In this document: piece by piece, positions 8,015 through 17,907 of the stretch
How positions within the stretch are numbered: the first letter of the stretch is position 1
Layout: each line of letters begins with the position of its first letter
From: Chloroflexota bacterium
GTDB lineage: Bacteria; Chloroflexota; Chloroflexia; QHBQ01
Assembly (NCBI GenBank): GCA_043754535.1
Contig: JAYUUN010000062.1
Span: 1 to 39,394, forward strand
DNA: 39,394 nt
Direction: 5' to 3'
Made by a program: the position numbers and the translations under genes
The notes under the pieces: model-generated
The model's input: the letters and a program-made list of their open reading frames with translations, nothing else
Databases searched by the model: none
What the model was told of the DNA's origin: nothing

Positions 8015-10069
8015 GTGGAAGAACGATTTGACGTGATTGTAGTTGGTGGCGGCCACGCAGGGTGCGAGGCAGCGTTGGCAGCGGCCAGAGTGGGGGCGCG
8101 TACTTTGCTGCTCAGCGGCAACCTTGACACCATCGCGCTGATGCCCTGCAACCCCAGCATTGGCGGCCCCGCGAAGGGCCACGTGGTGCGCGAGCTGGAC
8201 GCGCTTGGCGGCGCAATGGCCCGCATCACTGACGAAACTCTAATCCAGATTCGCACCCTCAACACGGGCAAGGGGCCAGCGGTGCAAGCCCTGCGCGCCC
8301 AGTTGGACAAACGGCTCTACGCCGCCGCCATGAAGCGCACCGTCGAGCAGCAAGCGAACCTCCACCTCCGCCAGGCGATGGTCACGGGTCTAATCGTTGG
8401 CGAGCAACAGGGTCAGCGGGTAGTCTTGGGCATTACCACCGCCAGCGGCAGCCGCTACTACGCGCAAGCTGTCGTGCTGACCACCGGCACCTTCCTGCGC
8501 GGGCGCACTGTGGTCGGCGAACAGACGGTCGCAGCCGGGCGGGTTGGCGAAGCCCCAGCGGTTGCCCTGGGTGAGAGCATAGAGAGCCTCGGCTTCAAGC
8601 TGCTGCGCCTCAAGACTGGCACCCCCCCGCGCGTGGATGCCCGCACTATCGACTTCAGCGCAACAGTGCCGCAGACTGGCAGCCCCACCCCCCTCTACTT
8701 TAGCCACTGGCCCACCCCCGTCACTGCCCTGGAGCCGCTAGCCGTCTACCCCCCCGCTGGCGGCAGCGAGTGGCGGCGGCAGATGTGTTGCTACGAGATA
8801 CACACCAACCCCGCTACCCACGCGGCCATCCGCGCCAATATCCACCGCGCTCCCATGTTCAGCGGCCTGATCGAGGGGGTCGGCCCCCGCTACTGCCCCT
8901 CCATCGAAGACAAGGTGATGCGCTTCGCCGACAAGCAGAGCCACCACCTCTACCTTGAGCCAGAGGGCTGGCAGACCCACGAGGTCTACGTGCAGGGGAT
9001 GAACACCAGCCTGCCAGAGGAAGTGCAGACGGCTATGCTCCGCTCCATCCCCGCCCTGCGTAATGCTGAGGTGATGCGCTTCGGCTACGCAGTCGAGTAC
9101 GATGCGGTGCAGGCGGATGAACTGCGCTCCACTTTGGAGAGCAAACGGGTGGGCTGTCTTTTCCTCGCCGGTCAGATCAACGGCACCAGCGGCTACGAGG
9201 AGGCGGCTGGTCAGGGTATCCTGGCTGGGGTCAACGCCGCAATCCGCGCCATCGGCCTGCCACCCCGCCCCCTGCCCTACCACCTGTTGCTTGCCGAGAC
9301 GCGGGCGGTAATTGAGCGGCTAGATGCTGGCGACCTGCTCATCCTCCCCCGCAGCCTCGCCTATATCGGGGTGATGGTCGACGACCTGACCACGAAGGAT
9401 TTGCGCGAACCCTACCGCCTGATGACCGCCCGCGCCGAGCATCGGCTGCTGCTCCGCAGTGACAACGCCGACCTGCGGCTAGCCCCCATCGGCTACCGCT
9501 TGGGCTTGCTAACCGAGCAGCAGTATGCCAGAGTGGAGGCCCGCCGCGCAATGGTACTCGCCAACCTTGAGCGGGTCAATCGCCAGCGGGTGGCCCCCTC
9601 TCCGCTGCTGAACGAGCGGCTGACCGCTGCGGGCTACCCTGCCTTGCAGAAGGGCAGCACCGTAGCCGAGTACCTGCGGCGGCAGGAGGTTGACTACCAC
9701 GCCCTGCCCTACCTCAGCGACCAGCCCCAGTCTAGCCCAGCAGACAGCCTGCGCGTGAATGAGGTAGAACATGGTATACTGTACGCAGACGTAGCCCAGC
9801 AAGTCGAAGTCAGCGTGAAGTACGAGAGCTTCATCGAGCGCGAACGCTGGCAGGTAGAGCGCATGCGTGGCATGGAGGAGCGGCGCATCCCCCCCGACTT
9901 CGATTACAGCACCCTGGCTGCCCTCCGCAATGAGGCGCGCCAGCAACTAACCCGTATGCGCCCTGCCACAGTTGGGCAGGCCACCCGCCTGGCCGGGGTC
10001 AACCCCGCAGACATCAGCGTGCTGTTGGTGCATCTGCAAAAGGCGGAACAAGCTACCAACGCAGTGTAG
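8015..10069 (+). CDS. mnmG: tRNA uridine-5-carboxymethylaminomethyl(34) synthesis enzyme MnmG/GidA
   Basis: DVIVVGGGHAGCEAA, CNPSIGGPAKG, KGPAVQALRAQ, RLKTGTPPR, GPRYCPSIEDK and AGQINGTSGYEEAAGQG motifs. Confidence 0.98.
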   Translation: MEERFDVIVVGGGHAGCEAALAAARVGARTLLLSGNLDTIALMPCNPSIGGPAKGHVVRELDALGGAMARITDETLIQIRTLNTGKGPAVQALRAQLDKRLYAAAMKRTVEQQANLHLRQAMVTGLIVGEQQGQRVVLGITTASGSRYYAQAVVLTTGTFLRGRTVVGEQTVAAGRVGEAPAVALGESIESLGFKLLRLKTGTPPRVDARTIDFSATVPQTGSPTPLYFSHWPTPVTALEPLAVYPPAGGSEWRRQMCCYEIHTNPATHAAIRANIHRAPMFSGLIEGVGPRYCPSIEDKVMRFADKQSHHLYLEPEGWQTHEVYVQGMNTSLPEEVQTAMLRSIPALRNAEVMRFGYAVEYDAVQADELRSTLESKRVGCLFLAGQINGTSGYEEAAGQGILAGVNAAIRAIGLPPRPLPYHLLLAETRAVIERLDAGDLLILPRSLAYIGVMVDDLTTKDLREPYRLMTARAEHRLLLRSDNADLRLAPIGYRLGLLTEQQYARVEARRAMVLANLERVNRQRVAPSPLLNERLTAAGYPALQKGSTVAEYLRRQEVDYHALPYLSDQPQSSPADSLRVNEVEHGILYADVAQQVEVSVKYESFIERERWQVERMRGMEERRIPPDFDYSTLAALRNEARQQLTRMRPATVGQATRLAGVNPADISVLLVHLQKAEQATNAV

Positions 10070-10089
10070 CGGTTAGCAAAGGAGTAATA

Positions 10090-10588
10090 ATGGGGCAGAT
10101 TGTTGAATGAAGATGATATGGAGGCCGTAATCAGGCTAATCGAGGCCAACCGTCCGCTACTAGTTGAGCAGATAGTCGAAGCGGACGCAGGCCTAACCGT
10201 CGCCTTCATTATGCAGGAAGCACCAGCATCCTGGCCGCAGGCAGAGCAGTCTGTGTAGCACACCATCAGCCTGGTCATTAGTTGGCTGCGCACACCACGC
10301 CCCTTGAATGGCGGAGATGTGGCTGCTGCCCTGGACATTCTGTTGCCGGATGGCGTTGTAGTCAACCCCGAATTGGCAATGGCGCGGGTGGACAGGACAA
10401 TGAACGCACTGATCGCTTTCGCGCACGACTGCCTGCCTGCCAAGCAGGTAGCAGCAACCGAGCGGCGGCTGCGTCACCTGGGCGCGGTCGCCCGCATGGT
10501 GCTGGCAAACGAGATCATGCAGCGCGCCAACCAGGCCGCCAACCCAGTGAGATCAAGAACAGGGAGCGATAATGATGAAAGACCCTGA
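10090..10588 (+). pseudogene. Disrupted paralogue of the downstream alpha-helical protein
   Basis: AAGGAG plus ATG at 10090 is one base out of frame (GGGG run), and there is an in-frame TAG at 10256-10258. The repaired translation aligns along its length with 10572..11054. Confidence 0.65.
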
Positions 10589-11054
10589 GCCACTAGCTGT
10601 ACCTGGGCCTGCTATCCAGCCGCTTGGCGCAGTCAGCCAGTTGATTGACCGTAGCCGTGAAGTGCTGACCCAAATGATATTCGAGCGCGACAACGGTGAA
10701 CACGGCCACACAGCCCAACCCAGCCCCGAAGTGTGGGCGTTGGTGCAGGAGGGGGTACGCCATGCCCTTGATGCAATCATCGCCATGCTTGACCACAGGC
10801 GCAGTATTACCGCTGAGGATGTGTTGATTGTGCTGGATGTCAACTTCGCCGACGGCAATAGTGCCAGTGCAGCAGAGGCCGTGCGGCGCATTGACCTGAC
10901 CATGGATGTGGTAATCGAGTTTGCTAGCCAACACTTGCCTGCGGATGTGGTGCAGGCAGCAGGGCTGCGCCTACGCAACGCCGCCGCCATCGCCCGCATG
11001 ATTGTCGCGGGCGATGTGCTACGCCGCTCCAACGAAGGCAAGCAGCCGCGCTAG
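10572..11054 (+). CDS. Hypothetical alpha-helical protein (possibly globin-like fold)
   Basis: 160-aa ORF with a GGGAG RBS, amphipathic helical pattern, and paralogy to the upstream disrupted ORF. Confidence 0.7.
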   Translation: MMKDPEPLAVPGPAIQPLGAVSQLIDRSREVLTQMIFERDNGEHGHTAQPSPEVWALVQEGVRHALDAIIAMLDHRRSITAEDVLIVLDVNFADGNSASAAEAVRRIDLTMDVVIEFASQHLPADVVQAAGLRLRNAAAIARMIVAGDVLRRSNEGKQPR

Positions 11055-11074
11055 TTGGCAGCGCAGCAAGTCAG

Positions 11075-11100
11075 AGGGGAGAGCCATCTGGCTCCCCCCT
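11075..11100. terminator. Hairpin between convergent genes
   Basis: AGGGGGAGAGCCA-tc-TGGCTCCCCCCT imperfect inverted repeat. Confidence 0.5.
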
Positions 11101-11119
11101 GCTATTGCGCCAAGCGGTG

Positions 11120-12334
11120 CTACTTCTTGACTGGCGTGGCTGGCAGAGCGGTGGGGGCAGCGGAGTCGATCACCTGGGCAGCCCTACCCTTCACCGCGTC
11201 AGGTAGCTTGACTGCTTGCTGGCCCGCGTAGTAGGTGTTGACGTAGAGCAGCGTCTTGGTCTGCTGCTTAATCGCAATCTCCTTGACTGTCTTACCCTCA
11301 GCAACCTGGAGGGCCAAGTCAGCAGCCTGCATCCCAGAGTCGCTATAATCCAGGCCATAGGCGGCCACCGCCCCTCGCCCAGCAGAGAGGAAGTCGTTGC
11401 CGAATAGCGGAATCTTTGGCTCGCGTTCGCCAGAGACCTTGGCGATACTGGGCAGGCGTTGCACTACGCTGTTGGTGGTAGAGACGAAGAAGACCTGCGC
11501 CCCCTTGTCAGCCAGCGCGTTGGCCGCCTGGCCGAGGTCGTCATTGGTCGCGGTGGTCTGCTCAATCAGGTTGAGGCCTAGGCTGGCGGCAGCAGAGCGA
11601 GCGAGGTCGGTGCTGTAAGTAGAGTTTGGCTCGCTGGGGTTCCAGAGCAAGCCGACGTTCTTCACGTTTGGCAGCACCTCAAGCACTAGCTTGAGCGCGT
11701 CCGTGACCGGCGGGCTGTCCTGGATGCCGGTGATATTAGCCGGGTGGTCAGTCGGTGACTTCACCCCGATGCCAGCCCCATAAGGGTCGGAAATAGCGAC
11801 GAAGATGATCGGCATGGCCGGGTTGGCCTTGCCCTCGTTGACTGCCGCCTTCAGCGCAGCAGTGCCGACCGCCAACACCATGTCGTAGCCCTTGCTGGGG
11901 TCGAAGAAGACGGTGGCAATCTGGCTGAGAGTGGCAGCGTCACCCGCCCCCTGCTTCACGTCGAAGCTGATGTTCGTCCCCTCAGTGTAGCCCTTCGCCG
12001 CAAACTGGTCCTTGAAGCCCTTAATGGCCGCTTCCAGTGCGGGCTGCACCGTCGTCTCAATCACCCCAACTTTGAGCGACTTCAGTGGGCCGCCCGTTGT
12101 GGTCATCATCGCGGTAGGTGACAGCATCGCCATCGCAGTGGGACTAACCATCATCGCGGTGCCGCTTGCCATTGCCATCGGCGTGCCAGGCGTGCCACTT
12201 GCGCGAGGCGAGGCCGCCGCCTGCGGGCCGGGGGTGGGGTTGTCGGGGCCACCACCAATCGCGCAGCCACTAGCCACCATTGTGACGAGCAGGGCCGTCA
12301 GTGCCACTGAGCCAAAGTGCCATTTCCTGTTCAC
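11120..12334 (-). CDS. ABC transporter substrate-binding lipoprotein (COG2984/ABC_sub_bind-like)
   Basis: Lipobox VASGC, PIIFVAISDP, NITG and NPSEPNS motifs; AAGGAGG RBS before GTG. Confidence 0.88.
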   Translation of the reverse strand: MNRKWHFGSVALTALLVTMVASGCAIGGGPDNPTPGPQAAASPRASGTPGTPMAMASGTAMMVSPTAMAMLSPTAMMTTTGGPLKSLKVGVIETTVQPALEAAIKGFKDQFAAKGYTEGTNISFDVKQGAGDAATLSQIATVFFDPSKGYDMVLAVGTAALKAAVNEGKANPAMPIIFVAISDPYGAGIGVKSPTDHPANITGIQDSPPVTDALKLVLEVLPNVKNVGLLWNPSEPNSTYSTDLARSAAASLGLNLIEQTTATNDDLGQAANALADKGAQVFFVSTTNSVVQRLPSIAKVSGEREPKIPLFGNDFLSAGRGAVAAYGLDYSDSGMQAADLALQVAEGKTVKEIAIKQQTKTLLYVNTYYAGQQAVKLPDAVKGRAAQVIDSAAPTALPATPVKK

Positions 12335-12363
12335 AGAGCATCCTCCTTTGTGCGTCCCTTGTG

Positions 12364-13155
12364 CTAGCCAAGTGCCATTCGGTCACTAACCAGCCCTTGC
12401 TTGTAAGCGTTGAATCGCTCAATCAATTGTGGTACGGTTGTTGTTGCACGTTGCGGGCCACTAATGTCCATCAACACCTGCCCCTGGTGCATCATCAGCG
12501 TGCGGCTACCCATTGCCAACGCCATGTTCATGTTATGTGTCACCATCAGGGTGGTGAGGCCCAGTTCAGCGACCAGCTTAACCGTCAACTCGTTAATCCG
12601 CTGTGAAGTAAGCGGGTCGAGCGCGGCAGTGTGTTCGTCGAGCAGCAGCACTGCGGGCCGCGCCATCGTCGCCATCAGCAGCGTGAGAGCCTGCCGCTGA
12701 CCGCCAGAGAGCAGGCCGACGCTGGTCGCCAACCGCTGCTCCAACCCCAGGCCCAGGGGGGCTAGCAGGTCGCGGAAGTCCGCCCGCTGCTTGCGCCCTA
12801 CCCCAGGGCCGAGGCCACGCCGCCCACCACGCACGCTAGCCAGGGCCAGGTTCTGCTCCACCGTCATCTGGCTGGCGGTGCCGAGCAGCGGGTCTTGGAA
12901 GACGCGCCCGACCAGCGCAGCACGCCGATGTTCGGCCAGGTTGGTCACGTCGCGCCCATCAATCTCCACCCGCCCCCTATCAGGGTAGAACAGCCCAGCA
13001 ATCAGGTTGAGCATGGTAGACTTACCCGCCCCGTTCGAGCCAATCAAGGTAATGAACTCGCCCGCACCCGCCTCAAACGACAGGCCGCTAATCGCCTGCA
13101 CCGCGTAGGGCGTGCCCTGGTTGAACACCTTGCTGACTGCTTGTAGCTTGAGCAT
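12364..13155 (-). CDS. ABC transporter ATP-binding protein (COG1101-like)
   Basis: Walker A GSNGAGKS, RVFQDP, LSGGQRQ and LLLDEHTAALDP. Confidence 0.93.
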   Translation of the reverse strand: MLKLQAVSKVFNQGTPYAVQAISGLSFEAGAGEFITLIGSNGAGKSTMLNLIAGLFYPDRGRVEIDGRDVTNLAEHRRAALVGRVFQDPLLGTASQMTVEQNLALASVRGGRRGLGPGVGRKQRADFRDLLAPLGLGLEQRLATSVGLLSGGQRQALTLLMATMARPAVLLLDEHTAALDPLTSQRINELTVKLVAELGLTTLMVTHNMNMALAMGSRTLMMHQGQVLMDISGPQRATTTVPQLIERFNAYKQGLVSDRMALG

Positions 13156-13158
13156 TGG

Positions 13159-14151
13159 CTAGCCCTCCAGCTTCCCAGCGGGCCGCTCGTCGTTCGCCGT
13201 CGCTTGCGTAGCTGCCACCCTGCTGCTGGCGAAACCCGGTAGCCGTCCGCGCAAGAGTGGCAGGGCCAGGGCTATTGCTACCAGCAAGGCGGTAATTAGC
13301 TGCTGATCGCTAGTCTCCAGGCTCTGGGCTAGCACCACGGCCAGCACCACACGGTAGATGATTGAGCCGACGAGCGTACCGAGGATCGCCCAGCCAATTA
13401 GCTTGCTACGTACCACTGCCTCACCGAGGATCAGCCCAGCCAAGCCGAACACTATTGCTCCCAGGCCAGCGTCGGCACTGGCATAGCCGTCGCGCTGGGC
13501 CAGCATTGCGCCGCTAATCGCCACGAGGCCATTGGCACAGGCGAGGCCAATTATCTTCATCAGGTCGGTGTCAATACCCACCGCACGGGCCATCTGCTCA
13601 TTGTTGCCAGTCGCTCGTACTGCTAGCCCAAGTTGGGTACTGAGCAAGCCCCACACCAGCAAGGCCAGCAGCCCACCGACCAGTAGGGCGACCAGGGAGA
13701 ACTTCTCTGGGTCTCTGAGCGGGAGGAAGCTGAGCAAGCCCTCAACTGCCTTACCCTTCTCCTCACTGACATAGAGCGTACCATTCGGCCTGCCCGCTGG
13801 CGAACCGAAGCCGAGCAGCCGCAGGTTGATGCTGTAGAGGCCAGTGGCGACCAGGATGCTCGCTAGCAGGCCGTTTATCTTCAGCTTGGTGGTCAGCAGG
13901 GCAGTGGTCAGGCCAGCGGTAGCCCCAGCCAGGAAGACCAGCGGTAGCGTCCATAGTGGCCCCCAACCGAAGCGTTCAAGCAGCAGGATGCTCATTGCCG
14001 AGCCGAGCGGTAGACTACCGTTCACCGTCAGGTCGGGGAAGTTGAGGACGCGGAAGGCAAGGAAGATGCCCTGCACCAGGCCAACATAAGCCAGGGCAAT
14101 CGCTACCGATGTAATTAGCGTGTAGTAGCTTGGGAAGCTCATTGGCACCAT
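13159..14151 (-). CDS. ABC transporter permease (COG4120-like)
   Basis: FRVLNFPDLTV, LYSINLR and GLAVRATGNN motifs; multiple TM segments. Confidence 0.9.
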   Translation of the reverse strand: MVPMSFPSYYTLITSVAIALAYVGLVQGIFLAFRVLNFPDLTVNGSLPLGSAMSILLLERFGWGPLWTLPLVFLAGATAGLTTALLTTKLKINGLLASILVATGLYSINLRLLGFGSPAGRPNGTLYVSEEKGKAVEGLLSFLPLRDPEKFSLVALLVGGLLALLVWGLLSTQLGLAVRATGNNEQMARAVGIDTDLMKIIGLACANGLVAISGAMLAQRDGYASADAGLGAIVFGLAGLILGEAVVRSKLIGWAILGTLVGSIIYRVVLAVVLAQSLETSDQQLITALLVAIALALPLLRGRLPGFASSRVAATQATANDERPAGKLEG

Positions 14152-14283
14152 TTCTGCGTGTTATGTCTATCTGCGGCTCCTGCTCATTATAGCGGCAAGC
14201 AACACAATTTGCAATAGGCCAGCCAGCTTTGGGGGCTGGCTGTTGCAGAGTTGCGCCTGGCGGCTTAGCTTGTAACGCCAACA

Positions 14284-16332
14284 TCATGGGGCAATCAGCA
14301 GCGCGTGGTGTACCACCTTGCTCGTCTCCCCCCGTGTACTCTTGGCACTGGGCAGGTAGCAGAGCCTGGAGCCGTCGCCACAAGGCCCGCCAGAGTTGAT
14401 GCCCTGCTGTACCAGGCTCTCGACTGCACTGTAGCCGAAAGCGGTGGGCGGCAAGTCGGCGAAGGTTGGCGCAGTTGGTGCATAGACTGGGTAGTGCCGT
14501 TCCCGCTGTACGATTACGGCTACTACGACGCGCGAAACTGGCAGGTCAGGGCCGTAACATGGCGCGGCTGTGCCTAGCTGCTGGCACTGGCTCGCCCCCA
14601 GCCCGTTGATCAAGCCTGCTGTGCTAGCCGCTTCGATGTAGGGGTAGAAGATATTGGTGGTGGGTACGTCGCTGAAGGCAGGCGCATTTGGTGGTGGGGT
14701 GTTGAGATTGAAGCTGAGAGCCATGATTTTGGCGAACTGGGCGCGAGTAATGCCGCTATCTGGCTGGAAGGCACCGCCAACAAAGCCGCTGACTAGCCCA
14801 CGACAGGCCAGGTACTGAATGTCGCTGTAGAAGATATTGCTGGCTGGCACGTCGCTGAAGCTGACCGTGCAAGCAGGAGTGGTTGCCGTCGGCGTAGCAG
14901 TTGGCACTGCCGTTGTACTGGCTGTGCTGCTGGCGGTGGCACTGTCCGCAACCGTTGCTGTCGGGCTGGCAGTGGCAGTGGCAGTGCTGCTGGCAGTAGC
15001 AGTGCTAGTGGGGCAACCACTGCCGTCGCGCTTCGTCCGACAGGGGGCTGCCACCTGCACCATCTGCTCCTCCGCAGGGTAGCCAGGCTCTCCCCCCTTG
15101 CTGCCAATCAGGGTCAGGTAGTAACTGCCATCGGGCGACGGCTCGAGCGGCAGGAAGGTGATACTCTCAACTGTGCTGACTGCCAAGCCCTGGTCATAGT
15201 TGCCGGGACTGGTTCCATACCGCAGCTCGTAGGTGCTGTCATCAGCTAGCACCCGGTGCCAGCTTGCGCTGATCGTGCCGTCGGGGTTGGCACTAGCGGT
15301 AAAGTTGGCGGGTGTGTTGCCGACGGTGATTGCTGGGTTGTCGCTACGTGAGGTAAAGTGGATCAGGTCAGTGCTGCTGGCGATGCCAATCATGCCCCAC
15401 CCGCCGCCCAGGTGACGGATGCCATTGTAGTACATACGGTAGCTACCATCATCAAGTGGGAGGATGAACACGCCATAGACCTGCTCGGCCTGCCAGGTGT
15501 TGGGCTGGCGGCTCAGAACGGGATTGCCCGCGTAGGTAGCGAAGTGTAGACCATCTATGCTGGTGGAGAGTTGTACATCCCCTGCGATGCGGTAGTAGAG
15601 GTAGTACGCGCCCTCTACCCGCAGGGCAAAGCAGGTGTAAATCTCCTGGTCGGAGGTGATGATCGGATTCTGGTCGTAGCGTTGCCAGCGCAGACCATCG
15701 AGGCTGGCAGCCAGGCCGATAGCCGTGTCGTAGCCCACCCCAGGGTCAGGATTACTGCTGCTGAAGGCATTGTAGTACATGAGGTAGAGTTGGGTGCTGG
15801 TTAGGGGCAGGTTGAGGGCTTGCAGCATGGTCGCAGCAGGGTTAGCGAGCTTGAGGATTGAGGGGCGCACCAGGTCGCCAGCATCCCAGCTACCAGCCGG
15901 GCCGGGGTCAAGCACTGGCTGAGGCTGGGCAAAGAAGTGGACTCCGTCTACGCTCTCGGCGTAACCAATGCGGTATGGTAGGCCACCACCGTACCACAGC
16001 TTGAAACGCCCGTCTTCGTAAAGGGCGAAGGGGAAGGCCTGTTGCTCTGACCAACCATCGTTGAGGTCAAGCAGCCCTTGCTTGTCGAAGTGGATGCCGT
16101 CTACACTGCTGGCGTAGTGCAGGAGCCAACTACAGCCGAAGCCGCTGTAGTAAGCATAGTAGAGGCTACCGACCTTGACCACAGCGGGGTACTCTGCATG
16201 GATGCTGTCACAGTAGAGGTTGGCGGGTGCAGAGCGGCTGGGCATTTTGGCGGCGTAGCTTACCTGCCAACCCCCAAACAACATAGTGAGGATGAGGATA
16301 GCGCAGAGGCCATGAACGAGCTTTAGGCGCAT
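14284..16332 (-). CDS. Secreted glycoside hydrolase-like beta-propeller protein (GH43/32/130 clan-like) with Fn3-like domain, Thr/Ala linker and three SLH domains
   Basis: Signal peptide, repeated 'Y..YY.G....IG.A.S.DG..F' blades, YGTSPGNY, and C-terminal FSDVP/SLH repeats. Start at ATG 16332 after AAAGGA. Confidence 0.8.
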   Translation of the reverse strand: MRLKLVHGLCAILILTMLFGGWQVSYAAKMPSRSAPANLYCDSIHAEYPAVVKVGSLYYAYYSGFGCSWLLHYASSVDGIHFDKQGLLDLNDGWSEQQAFPFALYEDGRFKLWYGGGLPYRIGYAESVDGVHFFAQPQPVLDPGPAGSWDAGDLVRPSILKLANPAATMLQALNLPLTSTQLYLMYYNAFSSSNPDPGVGYDTAIGLAASLDGLRWQRYDQNPIITSDQEIYTCFALRVEGAYYLYYRIAGDVQLSTSIDGLHFATYAGNPVLSRQPNTWQAEQVYGVFILPLDDGSYRMYYNGIRHLGGGWGMIGIASSTDLIHFTSRSDNPAITVGNTPANFTASANPDGTISASWHRVLADDSTYELRYGTSPGNYDQGLAVSTVESITFLPLEPSPDGSYYLTLIGSKGGEPGYPAEEQMVQVAAPCRTKRDGSGCPTSTATASSTATATASPTATVADSATASSTASTTAVPTATPTATTPACTVSFSDVPASNIFYSDIQYLACRGLVSGFVGGAFQPDSGITRAQFAKIMALSFNLNTPPPNAPAFSDVPTTNIFYPYIEAASTAGLINGLGASQCQQLGTAAPCYGPDLPVSRVVVAVIVQRERHYPVYAPTAPTFADLPPTAFGYSAVESLVQQGINSGGPCGDGSRLCYLPSAKSTRGETSKVVHHALLIAP

Positions 16333-16643
16333 GAGCTTTCCTTTTGGGGCAAGATTGACTACCTGGCACAAGGATTCGAGACACCTCGCCGCCACATTGT
16401 ACAGCAAACAGGTAACACCTGGATGATCTGCTGGTAAAATCTTTGTAAACTAGGTTAGATAGAGGCTGGCTGGACGATCAACAGCACCCCGCTGGCAGGC
16501 CAGGTTGCGCTAGCCGCTAGTTTGACCAACCCAGCCGTGCCAGCGGCGTTGACATAATAGGAGCAATAGTATTCGTAGGTGCAGTGGTGAAGGTGTGGCT
16601 GTACTTCTGCCAGGGGTTGGTGGGCCGAGGGCTAGCCGTTCAG

Positions 16644-17843
16644 CTAGCCCACGTAATAGACGAGGCCGGTGGCCGCATCCACGCGGATATTTATCTTGGT
16701 AAGGGCAACACGAGCTGGGCGGAGGGTGGCTGAGCCGTCGGCTGCGCTGAACAACGCGCCATGGCAGGGGCAGCGGAAGTTCGCCGCCGTGGGCTGATAG
16801 TTGACTTCGCAGCCCTCATGGGTGCAAAGCCCATTGTAGGCGAGGAAACTGCCGTCGGTTAGACGCACCAGCTTGCCGGGGATATTGCTGCCAGGGATGA
16901 TAAAGTCCAGTCCACCACCTGGGGCAATGTTGGCTACTTTGGCTATCACTTTGCCCACTATGGTGGCTGGTACTGCGGTCGCTGCTGGCGGGGCGGTGGT
17001 GTCAGTTGCTAGGGGTAGCGGCGTGTCAGTCGCTGCTGCCGGAGCAGTGGTGTCGGTTGCTAGGGGTAGTGGCGTGTCAGTCGCTACTAGCGGAGCTGTG
17101 GTGTCGGTTGCTAGGGGTAGCGGCGTGTCAGTCGCTGCTGGCGGAGCTGTGGTGTCGGTTGCTAGTGGTAGCGGCGTATTGGTTGGCACTGCGGGGGGCA
17201 GCATGGCACTGGGTTGGCTGCCTGCGCTGGCACTGCTCTTGCCGCGCTCGATGAAGCTGCCAGCCACGATGCCACCGCCAACCAGCAGGGCGATGCCTGC
17301 CGCTACCCCACCACCGACGCGGGCCAATGTCGTCCGACGGCCCAGGTCGGGCGCGTCAGCCAGCGGCCTGCGACTAGCTAGCAAGCCGTCTAGCGAGAAG
17401 ACTCCCGCGCCAGTCAAGATCAACGTCAGCCAACCGATCATATATGGCACGTCTGGGCCGGTATAGAAGGGGTAGGCGTTCCAACTAGCGGTTAGCCAGA
17501 AGCTAGTACTGAGTAGTAGGCCGAAGAAGGCCGCTGCCCGCGTCAGCAGACCAGCCATTACGCCGAGGCCAATGGCTACTTCGCCAAGAGCGACCACGAG
17601 GCCGAACAACTGGGCGTTGGGAATAACTAGCCCTGATAGCAAGCCACTGATCGGCGCATCCGCACTGACGTAGCCTGCCAGTTGCTTGCCTATATAGGTC
17701 GCGCCTTCTGGGTTGAGGAAGCCTGGGTCGGTCAGCTTCTCGATGCCTGCCGCCAGGAAGATCATTCCCAAAAAGAGGCGAAGCGGTAGTACCGCCCAGT
17801 TGGAGATCGCGGTGTGTGAATTGTCAACGGTGTTTTGCTTCAT
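16644..17843 (-). CDS. DoxX/DoxD-family membrane domain fused to a C-terminal Rieske [2Fe-2S] domain
   Basis: LRLFLGMIFLAAGIEKL, GEVAIGLG...GLLTR and GAGVFSLD (DoxX); CTHEGC and CPCHGALF (Rieske). Start at ATG 17843 after GGGAG. Confidence 0.88.
   Translation of the reverse strand: MKQNTVDNSHTAISNWAVLPLRLFLGMIFLAAGIEKLTDPGFLNPEGATYIGKQLAGYVSADAPISGLLSGLVIPNAQLFGLVVALGEVAIGLGVMAGLLTRAAAFFGLLLSTSFWLTASWNAYPFYTGPDVPYMIGWLTLILTGAGVFSLDGLLASRRPLADAPDLGRRTTLARVGGGVAAGIALLVGGGIVAGSFIERGKSSASAGSQPSAMLPPAVPTNTPLPLATDTTAPPAATDTPLPLATDTTAPLVATDTPLPLATDTTAPAAATDTPLPLATDTTAPPAATAVPATIVGKVIAKVANIAPGGGLDFIIPGSNIPGKLVRLTDGSFLAYNGLCTHEGCEVNYQPTAANFRCPCHGALFSAADGSATLRPARVALTKINIRVDAATGLVYYVG
16978..17183 (-). 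repeat. About four 51-bp coding tandem repeats (TDTPLPLATDTTAPPAA)
   Basis: Repeated GGTGTC(A/G)GTTGCTAG(G/T)GGTAG units on the plus strand. Confidence 0.85.
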
Positions 17844-17907
17844 TGCTGCTCCCTTACGTAGAATGGTTGTTCGTCCGCCAATGGACTGCTGGCCGTTACG
17901 TAGGTTC

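Noticed and set aside
10256..10258. In-frame TAG as possible pyrrolysine or readthrough codon
   Set aside because: No pyl machinery is visible in the window and a second lesion (frameshift) exists, so pseudogenisation or error is more parsimonious.
10862..10875. 14-nt identity TGCCAGTGCAGCAG with spacer 10 (possible self-targeting)
   Set aside because: Low-complexity Ala-codon sequence, does not cover the seed, and the flanks mismatch.
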